From an uncultured bacterium (lineage in GTDB: Bacteria; Actinomycetota; Coriobacteriia; Coriobacteriales; Eggerthellaceae), in assembly GCA_937890835.1 (NCBI GenBank), contig CALADF010000049.1:3830-67829 (forward strand): 64,000 nt of DNA, read 5' to 3'. The position numbers and the translations under genes are program-made. Under the pieces are notes generated by a model, which was given only the letters and a program-made list of their open reading frames with translations, had not been told where the DNA came from and searched no databases. Shown piece after piece: positions 35,716 through 44,658 of the stretch. Each line of letters begins with the position of its first letter. The stretch's first letter is position 1.

Positions 35716-35770
35716 AGGTACCACCTTTCAACAACCTCGGTCGCACGCTACGACGAAGCGCAGCGGCGCC

Positions 35771-36883
35771 CTACGACCAAAATCCCGTCAGGATCCTCTG
35801 GATGTCCTGGTTGAGCATCACCGCGAAGAACACGATGAACAAAGCCATGCCCGCCATGGACATATAGCCCATGGCCTTCATCGAGACCATTTTACGCGTG
35901 AGTTTCTGAAACACCTCGACGACGAAGCGGCCGCCGTCGAGCGGGGGGATGGGCAGCAGGTTCATGATGCCGAGCGACACCGAGATGAGCGCCATGAAAA
36001 ACAGGCTCTCCGCCAGCCCCTGGGAGAAAAACCCGCCCGACATGGCGACGATGCCCACGATGGAGGCGGAGTTCGACACCGTCTCCGCCGCGGTGGCGGG
36101 GTTGAACAGACCGGCAACCGCTTGAACGGTCGCGATGATGTAGTTGACGCCGAGTTGCACCGACAGCAGCGGATCGGCGTTGTAGTGGAACACCTCCCCG
36201 GTTTCGGGGTATTGAAGATCGACGCCGATCACGCTGTATATGACGATGAAGGCGAGCATGGCGAACAGAAGGTTGACCGCCACGCCCGCGAGCAAGATGA
36301 CCGAGCGCTTCCAAAACGGAAGCGCTCGGTACTGCTGTGCGTACTCGGAGTCGAAGAGCGCCTGGGGGTCGGCGACGGGACGCGCTTCGCCGAGCTCGTA
36401 AGACTCAGGCGGCGTCGCGCCCACGGCCTGCGCCGCTTTCAGCTGCCTCTTCGTCGGGGAGAAGGCGCTTGCGCGATAGGTGTTGAATTCGTCTTTTTTC
36501 GTCGGACCGGAGCAGCTCCCCCACTCCGTCAGCTCCTCGAGCGCATCGTAGGCGGCGTCATCGGAGATGCCGCAGTCGGCGGCGATGCCCTCCATGGTCG
36601 CCGTTCCACGGCGGTAAAGCGCGGCGAGCACTTCCTTCAAATGGGGGCTCATCTCGCCCGCTTCCATGCCGCACACGCGTGCGTAGCCGCCGAGGAGGAC
36701 GACGGTAACGCCGTAGCGCGTTCCGCCGCGCGTGAAGCCGACGCCCGGCCCCGGAAGACCGAGCATGAGCTCGGTCACGCGCACGCCGAACGCGCGAGCC
36801 GCGAGGAAATGCCCCGCCTCGTGGATGAACACGAGAAAGCAGATCGCCAGCACGGCGCAGATGATCATCAGCAAAGTATCCAT
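35771..36883 (-). CDS. rseP: Site-2 (M50) intramembrane metalloprotease, RseP/Rip1-like, apparently without a PDZ domain
   Basis: HEAGHFLAA (HExxH) in TM1 and LNLLPIPPLDGG near the C-terminus. Start trimmed to ATG 36883. Confidence 0.8.
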   Translation of the reverse strand: MDTLLMIICAVLAICFLVFIHEAGHFLAARAFGVRVTELMLGLPGPGVGFTRGGTRYGVTVVLLGGYARVCGMEAGEMSPHLKEVLAALYRRGTATMEGIAADCGISDDAAYDALEELTEWGSCSGPTKKDEFNTYRASAFSPTKRQLKAAQAVGATPPESYELGEARPVADPQALFDSEYAQQYRALPFWKRSVILLAGVAVNLLFAMLAFIVIYSVIGVDLQYPETGEVFHYNADPLLSVQLGVNYIIATVQAVAGLFNPATAAETVSNSASIVGIVAMSGGFFSQGLAESLFFMALISVSLGIMNLLPIPPLDGGRFVVEVFQKLTRKMVSMKAMGYMSMAGMALFIVFFAVMLNQDIQRILTGFWS

Positions 36884-37118
36884 AGTCGTTCCCGTCTCCG
36901 GAAGCAGCAGACGCGCCCGAGCGCCTAGCCAACGCGGCAACGTCTGTGCGCCACGCCGAACGCGAAGGAGTCCCAAGTCGCTTCGTTTGATTCTCGAACA
37001 TTATAGGGAAGCGCCCGGGCGCACCCGGGCGCCCCACGATAACTACAACATGGCTCCCCGCCGAGCAACCGAGGAGAGCGCCGCAGAAGACAGGCGAGAC
37101 CCCGACGACATCGGAATC

Positions 37119-37183
37119 GGGAAAGAAACGCGCCGGGGCTCAAGAAGAACGCTGCCCGAACCGGGAAAGAAACGCGCCAGGGC
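37119..37183 (+). repeat. Two 21-bp direct repeats (GGGAAAGAAACGCGCCrGGGC), 44 bp apart
   Basis: Read directly at 37119..37139 and 37163..37183 (20/21 identical), ~260-320 nt upstream of the adhesin ATG. Confidence 0.85.
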
Positions 37184-37438
37184 ACGTGAAGGCCACCTTT
37201 GGAAGCAGGCGAGATAGCGCGGTCCCGCTGTTGGAGTCAGGCGAGGTGGCAGCTTTCCGCGCGCATGGTTCGAGGCAGGCCCAAGCTGCAAACCTGCGTA
37301 CCCGGATAACGCGAACGTGGAGAAATGGGATAGGGACGTGCTTAAGCACTGGAAGGCCGGGGGAAGAACGCCGAAAAGAACTTGCCGGATCGCCCCGATA
37401 GGATCCAGAGAAGGCAAACACCGAGGAAAGGAGACTCC

Positions 37439-40400
37439 ATGGGCGCACACGAGCGCACGGGAACGCGCAGATTCGCGTGCCTGATGATCATCTTGGCTCT
37501 TGCGGCGGGGCTTCTCCCCCTTGCATCGGGCATGGGGGCGAAAACCGCGTTCGCGAGCGGCACCGGCTACCTCGAGATAGGCGGCAGCATCCCCTACGCG
37601 GGCTACTCGACTAACTGGATGTGGGTCGACGGCGCGCCGGCGTTTTGCGCCAATCCCTCGCGCGCCACGCCCGCGAGCGGAACCTACGAAAAGCACGACG
37701 TGCTCTGGGGAGCCAACGGGCTCGGGGAAAGCGACGATCAGAGACGCTATCAAATTCGCGCGACGCTTTACCACGGATGGGGAGGCCCCGACTTCGACCC
37801 GAGCATTTGGCCGAGCACTTGGTACGACGGCAGCCCCATGACCGACGAGCGCTACATCGCGCTCGAGCACATCCTGCTCGCCGACCTCTACTCTTATGAG
37901 CTCAACTGGGCCGTCTACGGCTGCGACCCCGCATTCAAGGAGTACGTGCGATACAATGTCACCGGATACCTTGCAAGCGGCCCGGTCCCCGATTTCGAGA
38001 GCACGACCCGCTACAAGATCACCGAGACGGCCGCGCCCGTTCCGCACGACTTCAACGCGTTCATCCTGACAGCGGGTTCGTCGCAAAGCGTGTTCTCCTT
38101 CGAGAAAAACGGATTCATCGAAATCGAGAAGACCTCGGCCAACTCGGCCTTGACCGACGGCAACGCATGCTATTCACTTGAAGGCGCCGTGTTCGGCATA
38201 TACGAGAAGAGCACGGGAGACGAGGTGACGCGCATCACCACCGATGCCTCCGGGCACGCCCGAACAGGCGAGATCGCACCCGGAACCTACCTCGTCAGAG
38301 AGCTCGTCGCACCGAGCGGACATACGCTCAACACCGAGGAGCGGGAGGTGACCGTCGCCGCAGGCGCCACCGCTGTCATCACGGTGGCCGATCCGCCGCT
38401 GTCGAGCGACCTCGGGGCGACGGTGGTGAAAATCGATGCCGAAACGGGCGAAAACGCGCCGCAGGGCGATGCCACGTTCACCGACGCGCAGTTCACCTAC
38501 TCCTATTACGACGGGTACTACGGCACCGCATCCGAAGCCGCTGCTTCGGGCGCGCCTAATCGCACGTGGGTCCTGAGAACCGACTCCACCGGCACAACGG
38601 GCATCACCCTTGCGGACAAGTCGTTCAACGCGGGGGAGGAAACCCTCCCCTACCTGGTCTCGGGCGACGACCTGTACCGAAACGCGGAAGGAGCGCCGAC
38701 CGTTCCGCTCGGCACGCTGATCATCACCGAGGGCAAGGCGCCTGAAGGCTACCACGAGAGCAACCGCGTCGCGCTCGTTCGCTTCACGCAAAACGGATCC
38801 GAGGTGGAGCGCAGCGGTGACTTGGAAGACGCCTCCCGCTACGGCGTCGAAGGCGATCAGGCCGTGCTCGTGAACGAGAGCGTCGTTCGCGGAGGCGTCT
38901 CCATCGAGAAAAGGGACGCGGAAAGCCAGCTGATAACCCCGCTCGGCAACGCAAGCCTTGACGGTTGCGTCTTCGCCATCACCAACAAGTCCGACCACCC
39001 CGTCGTCGTCGGCGGAGCGGCCTTTGCGCCGGGCGACATCTGCAAAACCGTGATCGTGCAGGGCGGATCGGCGAGCACGACCCGGACCGCCCTGCCTCGA
39101 GGGACCTATGCCATACAGGAGGTTTCCGCAGGAGAAGGGTACCTGCCGACCGATGTGGAGCCGCGTCTGTTCACCGTGGAGCATGACGGTGCCGTCGTCA
39201 TGCTAGGCGCAGACGACACGCACGACCAAGCCGTCTACAACCAGGTTAAGCGAGGAGACGTCGAGCTCGTCAAAGCACGAGAGGCAGATCAGGCGCGTCT
39301 TGCGGGCATACCGTTCTCCATCACGTCGCTGACGACCGGCGAAACGCACGTCATAGTCACCGACGCGAACGGAGGGGCGAAGACCGCCTCGACATGGAAC
39401 CCCCATACGCAACGCACGAACGCCAACGACGAGGCGATCAACCCCGACGGAAGCGTCGACGAGTCGAAGCTTGACGCAAGCGCAGGCGTTTGGTTCGGAC
39501 TTACTTCCGAGGGGAAAACGACCCAGCCCGACGACAGCCTCGCCGCACTGCCGTATGACGATTACGCGATACGGGAGCTGCGCGTTGCAGCCAACGAAGG
39601 CCTCGAGCTCGTCACGCTCGAGCGCGTGAGCGTGACGCGCGACGGCTACTGCATCCACCTCGGCACCATAGACGACCAGACACCTCCCGAGATGACCATA
39701 GCGACCACCGCGCGCGACGCCCTCGACGGCGACAAGCGCGTGCTCGCCGACGTGGAAGCGCGCGTGATCGATCGCGTCTCCTACTACGGGGCCGCTCCCG
39801 GGAACTACGAGATGACCGCGAGCCTCATCGACCCCGACACCGGCGAGATCGTCGAGGTAGACGAACGCCCGCTCACGGCATCGCGCACGTTCACCGCCGA
39901 CGCGGCAACCGGTTACGTCGAAATCGAAATCGGGCCCATCGACGCGCGATCCCTCGCAGGCAAGAGCCTCGTGGTATTCGAAACCGTCAAGGACGCCGAG
40001 ACCGGCGAGGTCAAAGCCGAGCACACCGACGTCGCCGACTTCGACCAGACGGTCACGTTCGCCGATGCGCGCGTGGCGACGAGCGCATCGGACGCAGCGG
40101 ACGGCGATCGGGTCGTCGCCTGCGGACCTGCGGCGAAGGTCGTCGACACGATAACGTACACGGGGCTCGTCCCCGGCGCAAGCTACATCGCCCGCGCCGA
40201 GGTCATGCACATAATCGACGAGGCGACGGGAGCCTGCGAGCCCTTCGCGAACGAGGACGGCCCCCTAAGCGTCGAGAAGCCCTTTGCGCCCGAAGCGGAG
40301 GCAGGCGAGGTCGACGTCGAAATCTTCCCCGTCGACGTCTCCGACGAAGACGGCGCGCAGCTCGTCATGTTCGAAACCATCTACCGTGCAACCGACGACG

Positions 40401-41965
40401 GCGGGCTTCACGAGGTGGCGTCGCACCGCGACGCGCTCGATCCCGCGCAGACCGTCACCGTCGCGGCACCCGAGATCAGCACGCTTGCGCAGGACGCGGT
40501 CGACGAGGACGAAAACGTCGTCGCCGACGCAAAATCCCTCGTTCGCGACACGATCTCGTTCGCAGGTCTCGAACCCGGGCGCCCCTACGAGATCATCGGC
40601 ACCCTTGTCAACAAGAGAGCGTATGAATCGGCATATGACCAGGCAAAAAAGGAAGGGTTGGGCGACGAGGTCGCCGCAGAGAGGGCACTCGCCGCAAGCA
40701 TCGTGAAGTCCGGCCAAACGCCGGTGACGGGAAACGTCGGCTTCACGCCCGAAAGCTCCTCCGGGTCGATCGTCAACGAAATCGAGTTCGACGGGTTCTC
40801 CGTCGAGGAAGGAGCCTACGTCGTCTTCGAAACGCTGTACGCCGACGGCGTCGCCATCGCCTCCCATGCGAAGATCGATGACGAGTCGCAGACCTTTGGG
40901 CTTATCGCCACTGAAACGGAAACGCTCGCCCGCGACGGGGTGACGGGAGCCCACGAGGCAGCCGCGGACGCCGATGCCCTCGTTTCCGATAGCGTGATGA
41001 TCCGCAATGCCATCGCAGGGGAAACATACACCGCGCTCGGCTTCCTCGTCGACAGGGAGACGGGTCTGCTTCTCCTCGACGATCCCGCAGCGACGGATCG
41101 CGAGGACCTCGCGGAATTCACGCAGGAGCTCTTCACCGCACTCGGCGCCACCGTCGAGGAAGCAGGCGGCAAGATGCGCATCGCGTTCGACGATCCCGGC
41201 AAAACCCTCGACCGTGAAGCCATCGAGGCAATTTGCGCGAAGCGATCCGACATCGTGGCTCATCTAGCCGTCGCGACGTCAAGCGCCGCAGCCGAGGGAA
41301 GCGAGGTTGAGATCAAGCAGGAATTCGCCTTCGACACGAGCAAGCTCGCCGGCACCGAAGCCGTCGCCTACCAGTTCATCTTGAAGGAGGGATCGGTCAT
41401 CGACGCCCATGTCGATCTTGAATCCAACGAGCAAACCGTCGAGATACTCGCAAGCCTCATCGCAACCAACGCGTCCGATAAGCGAGACGGCGACAAAAGC
41501 ATCGCCCCCGAAAGCGGAGCCACCGTCATCGACACGGTAAGCTACGCGCACCTGGTCCCCGGCAAGACTTACGTCCTCGAAGGTGTCCTCATCGACAAGG
41601 GCACCCAGCTTCCCCTCGAGATAAACGGCGAGCAAGTTCGATCCGGCGTAGAGTTCACGCCCGAGGAACCGCAAGGAAACGTTGAGGTCGTCTTCGAGTT
41701 CGACGCATCGAGCCTCGACGGCAGCACCCTCGTCGCCTTCGAAACGCTGATCAAAAACGGCGAGACGATCGCCGCGCACGCGGATCTTGAGGACTCCGAT
41801 CAAACCGTTTACGTGGAGAAAATCCCGCGCGAGCACCCCGCAGGCGGCGGGTTGTCGAAGACGGGCGACGATGGGATCCCGATCGCGATCGCGCTCGTCT
41901 TCATCGCAACGCTGTCGACCACCGTTGTCGCCCTGGCAGCTCGCGCGAAAACGCACCGGCAGTGA
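37439..41965 (+). CDS. Cell-wall-anchored multidomain surface protein: thioester-like head, Cna-B/SpaA-like domains, five VaFE-type (Thr-Gln ester) repeats and an LSKTG sorting signal
   Basis: GGAAAGGAGA RBS and a signal peptide. AFCANP (Cys70) plus SSQSV (Gln216). Ig-like segments (e.g. GFIEIEKTSA...YLVRELVAPSGH). Five repeats end in [LV]V.FET ... H.D...D..QT. The C-terminus is LSKTGD + TM + RAKTHRQ. Confidence 0.85.
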   Translation: MGAHERTGTRRFACLMIILALAAGLLPLASGMGAKTAFASGTGYLEIGGSIPYAGYSTNWMWVDGAPAFCANPSRATPASGTYEKHDVLWGANGLGESDDQRRYQIRATLYHGWGGPDFDPSIWPSTWYDGSPMTDERYIALEHILLADLYSYELNWAVYGCDPAFKEYVRYNVTGYLASGPVPDFESTTRYKITETAAPVPHDFNAFILTAGSSQSVFSFEKNGFIEIEKTSANSALTDGNACYSLEGAVFGIYEKSTGDEVTRITTDASGHARTGEIAPGTYLVRELVAPSGHTLNTEEREVTVAAGATAVITVADPPLSSDLGATVVKIDAETGENAPQGDATFTDAQFTYSYYDGYYGTASEAAASGAPNRTWVLRTDSTGTTGITLADKSFNAGEETLPYLVSGDDLYRNAEGAPTVPLGTLIITEGKAPEGYHESNRVALVRFTQNGSEVERSGDLEDASRYGVEGDQAVLVNESVVRGGVSIEKRDAESQLITPLGNASLDGCVFAITNKSDHPVVVGGAAFAPGDICKTVIVQGGSASTTRTALPRGTYAIQEVSAGEGYLPTDVEPRLFTVEHDGAVVMLGADDTHDQAVYNQVKRGDVELVKAREADQARLAGIPFSITSLTTGETHVIVTDANGGAKTASTWNPHTQRTNANDEAINPDGSVDESKLDASAGVWFGLTSEGKTTQPDDSLAALPYDDYAIRELRVAANEGLELVTLERVSVTRDGYCIHLGTIDDQTPPEMTIATTARDALDGDKRVLADVEARVIDRVSYYGAAPGNYEMTASLIDPDTGEIVEVDERPLTASRTFTADAATGYVEIEIGPIDARSLAGKSLVVFETVKDAETGEVKAEHTDVADFDQTVTFADARVATSASDAADGDRVVACGPAAKVVDTITYTGLVPGASYIARAEVMHIIDEATGACEPFANEDGPLSVEKPFAPEAEAGEVDVEIFPVDVSDEDGAQLVMFETIYRATDDGGLHEVASHRDALDPAQTVTVAAPEISTLAQDAVDEDENVVADAKSLVRDTISFAGLEPGRPYEIIGTLVNKRAYESAYDQAKKEGLGDEVAAERALAASIVKSGQTPVTGNVGFTPESSSGSIVNEIEFDGFSVEEGAYVVFETLYADGVAIASHAKIDDESQTFGLIATETETLARDGVTGAHEAAADADALVSDSVMIRNAIAGETYTALGFLVDRETGLLLLDDPAATDREDLAEFTQELFTALGATVEEAGGKMRIAFDDPGKTLDREAIEAICAKRSDIVAHLAVATSSAAAEGSEVEIKQEFAFDTSKLAGTEAVAYQFILKEGSVIDAHVDLESNEQTVEILASLIATNASDKRDGDKSIAPESGATVIDTVSYAHLVPGKTYVLEGVLIDKGTQLPLEINGEQVRSGVEFTPEEPQGNVEVVFEFDASSLDGSTLVAFETLIKNGETIAAHADLEDSDQTVYVEKIPREHPAGGGLSKTGDDGIPIAIALVFIATLSTTVVALAARAKTHRQ

Positions 41966-42100
41966 GACGATCCACGCGTGCGTCTCTGCCGGCGCGCGGT
42001 CGAAGCCGAACCTTGAAAACCGATCAGCCGTGCGGTGAAGGAGAAGCGTCCCCTGCCGTCAGGCACGGAACGAGAATCGAACCACGTCGGCACGCCGCGT

Positions 42101-42145
42101 GAAACGAAAGGCCCCTCGCCGAAAGCTTCAAACGGCGAGGGGCCT
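42101..42145 (-). terminator. Terminator after dxr (13-bp stem), between the convergent adhesin and dxr genes
   Basis: AGGCCCCTCGCCG-N11-CGGCGAGGGGCCT. On the minus strand it is followed by UUCGUUUC. Confidence 0.6.
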
Positions 42146-42161
42146 CAAGCAGCATCGAGGA

Positions 42162-43376
42162 CTACGCGCGGTCCGTTATCCAACGCCGAGCACGATCACG
42201 CGCCCAAGCGTCGATCTCCTCCAACTGGTCAAGGCTCTCCACCGCGCGAACATCGTGAGCGCCCATAACCGCCTCGACGCATTCCGCGATGCCCAGATAG
42301 CTCCCCTCCCCCGCGAGGAAGGAGGCAACCGCAACTTCATTCGCCGCGTTCATGACCGCTGGAAGCGTGCCGCCGGCCTCGCCCGCTATCCGAGCAAGGG
42401 CGAGACACCTGAACGTCTCCACGTCGGGTGCGGCGAACTCAAGCGTGCCAAGCGTGCGAAAATCGAGCGGCTCCACCGGGGCGCTCCACCGTTTCGGATA
42501 GGAGAGCGCGAACTGAATGGGAATGCGCATGTCCGTCGTGCCGAGATGGGCGATGACGCTGCCGTCTGCGAACTCGACCATCGAGTGGATGGCGCTTTGG
42601 GGTTGCACGACCACCTCGATCTTGTCATAGGGCATCTCGAACAGATGATGCGCTTCGATGACCTCGAGCCCCTTGTTCATGAGCGTCGAAGAGTCGATGG
42701 AGATCTTCGCCCCCATGTTCCACGTGGGATGCGCGAGCGCCTGAGCAGGGGTGATGTCTGTTAGATCAGCGCGGGTGCGGCCACGGAACGGCCCTCCTGA
42801 CGCCGTTACCCACAAACGCGCCACCTCGCGGGGATCTTCGCCGAGTAGACACTGGTAGATAGCCCCGTGCTCGGAATCGATCGGCATGAGGGCATGCTTG
42901 AACCCAGCGGCCTCGTCGATGCGCCGAGCCAACGGCATGATGAGATCGCCGCCGACCACGAGCGATTCCTTATTCGCCAAAGCAAGCACCTTACCCGCAG
43001 CAAGCGTCTCGTAGCTTGCACGCAAACCCGCAGCTCCCACAAGCGCGTTCACAACGATATCCGCTTCGGGAAGCCTTACCAGATCCGTAACGGCATCGGA
43101 GCCCACGCCGAACGTCCCGTCGACGAAACCACCCGTGAAAGAACGCAGCTCGTCGCAACGGGGATCGCCCGCCAACCGCGCATCGCCCACCGCCACATGG
43201 CGCACGCCAAATGCGCGCATCTGCTCGTTGAGAGCATCGACGCTCGTGTTGACCGCCAAGCCGACGATCTCCAGCTTATCCGCATTCCGGCGAACGACGT
43301 CAAGCGTCTGCGTGCCGATAGAGCCTGTCGAACCGAGCACGACGACGCGACGAACGGAAGAGTTAGAAGAACCCAT
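42162..43376 (-). CDS. dxr: 1-deoxy-D-xylulose 5-phosphate reductoisomerase
   Basis: RRVVVLGSTGSIGTQTLDV...NKESLV...HPTWNMG. Overlaps the cdsA end by 14 nt. Confidence 0.93.
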   Translation of the reverse strand: MGSSNSSVRRVVVLGSTGSIGTQTLDVVRRNADKLEIVGLAVNTSVDALNEQMRAFGVRHVAVGDARLAGDPRCDELRSFTGGFVDGTFGVGSDAVTDLVRLPEADIVVNALVGAAGLRASYETLAAGKVLALANKESLVVGGDLIMPLARRIDEAAGFKHALMPIDSEHGAIYQCLLGEDPREVARLWVTASGGPFRGRTRADLTDITPAQALAHPTWNMGAKISIDSSTLMNKGLEVIEAHHLFEMPYDKIEVVVQPQSAIHSMVEFADGSVIAHLGTTDMRIPIQFALSYPKRWSAPVEPLDFRTLGTLEFAAPDVETFRCLALARIAGEAGGTLPAVMNAANEVAVASFLAGEGSYLGIAECVEAVMGAHDVRAVESLDQLEEIDAWARDRARRWITDRA

Positions 43377-44658
43377 GAGGAATGCAGCCTCCCGACACCA
43401 GAAGAATCAACGACGTGATCGAAGCGAGAAAAATAGAGTCGCATCGATCGAGCAGTCCACCATGTCCGGGCATGATCGTACCCGAATCCTTGAATCCGGA
43501 ATTACGCTTGACGCGGCTTTCCGCCAAATCGCCAAGCACTTCCATCAGACCGCACACGATGCCGAACGCGATGGCCGCAGGAATGCTCATGGTCACACCC
43601 GGCACGAACGAGATGGCGCACCAACAAGCAGCTGAGCCGACAAGACCCGCGATGAAGCCCTCCCAGCTCTTCTTCGGACTCGTGCGAGGCGCGAGCTTGT
43701 GCTTGCCGAACTTGCTCCCCACCAGATAAGCGAAGGAATCGTTGGCCCAGACGCTCACGAACACGAGCAACACCACGACGCCACCCCACGGCTCGGGCAA
43801 AGATTCGCGGATCACGACGAACCCGCAGAGCAGCAAGCCGGTATAAGCCGCCCCGAAAAAGCTTACGCCGACATCGGGAATGCGCGCCCGCAGCCAAAAC
43901 ACATACCACACGAGCAGCGCAAGCAGCAGCGCCAAAGAAACCGTCAACGCTCCGACGGGTCCGTAGAGAAACACGCTCAGGGGATAGAGCGCTGCGGCGA
44001 TGATGCCGAGCATCTCGTTAGGGAGCTTGGCATCGGAGCGCAACATGTAGTAGAACTCGCCCGCGCTGATACCGGCGACCAACATGAGCATGATCACCAT
44101 AGGCCAACTACCTGCGAGGACGCAGATAATGGTCAGGGCCGTGTACACAGCACCCGTGCGGAAACGCACTTGAAAGCCCGAGGGATTCTTCAGCTTTTCG
44201 GGAGCAAACTTCGTCGCGTTCTGTTTGACGCGCTGCTTTTTCTCCGCACGACGTTCGCGCTTCTCATCCTTCTCGGCACGCTCGTCAGGCGTTATGTCGT
44301 AATGCCAGGGAGGGCCTTCAGGGGCCTGCGCAGGATCCCTCACCAGCTGGGGCGCATCAGGCGACAAGCCCTCGCCCATGTCGACGAGATCCTTCGTCGT
44401 GGGACGGCTGGGGAACGGCGCAGGCTGAACGCCCCCCTCGGAGCGATACCGAGCCGCGCGCTCCTTCAGCCGAGCGCGTGCAGCGGCCTGCTTGGCTTTC
44501 TCCTCTTCCGAAAACGCAGAAGCGTTCAACGAACTCACACTCCCCCGAAACGCCGCTCGCGCTTTTGGTATGCGAGAATGCAGCGTAGCAGCTCGTATCG
44601 ATCGAAATCGGGCCAGAGCACGTCGGTGCAAACGAACTCCGAATAGGCGATCTGCCAC
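43363..44658 (-). CDS. cdsA: Phosphatidate cytidylyltransferase with a charged N-terminal extension (start uncertain)
   Basis: The C-terminal ~280 aa are a typical CdsA (SWEGFIAG...GDLAESRVKRNSGFKDSG...PGHGGLLDRCDS). The longest ORF overlaps uppS by 124 nt. A GTG at 44538 gives a GTGA overlap with the uppS stop. Confidence 0.8.
   Translation of the reverse strand: MADRLFGVRLHRRALARFRSIRAATLHSRIPKARAAFRGSVSSLNASAFSEEEKAKQAAARARLKERAARYRSEGGVQPAPFPSRPTTKDLVDMGEGLSPDAPQLVRDPAQAPEGPPWHYDITPDERAEKDEKRERRAEKKQRVKQNATKFAPEKLKNPSGFQVRFRTGAVYTALTIICVLAGSWPMVIMLMLVAGISAGEFYYMLRSDAKLPNEMLGIIAAALYPLSVFLYGPVGALTVSLALLLALLVWYVFWLRARIPDVGVSFFGAAYTGLLLCGFVVIRESLPEPWGGVVVLLVFVSVWANDSFAYLVGSKFGKHKLAPRTSPKKSWEGFIAGLVGSAACWCAISFVPGVTMSIPAAIAFGIVCGLMEVLGDLAESRVKRNSGFKDSGTIMPGHGGLLDRCDSIFLASITSLILLVSGGCIPHGFF

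Noticed and set aside
37043-41956. Minus-strand ORFs antisense to the adhesin: 37043..38086, 38174..39184, 39203..40210, 40265..41263 and 41279..41956.
   Set aside because: The plus-strand frame gives a coherent signal peptide, repeated Ig-like and ester-bond domains, and a sorting signal. The minus-strand translations are low-complexity with no RBS or motifs.
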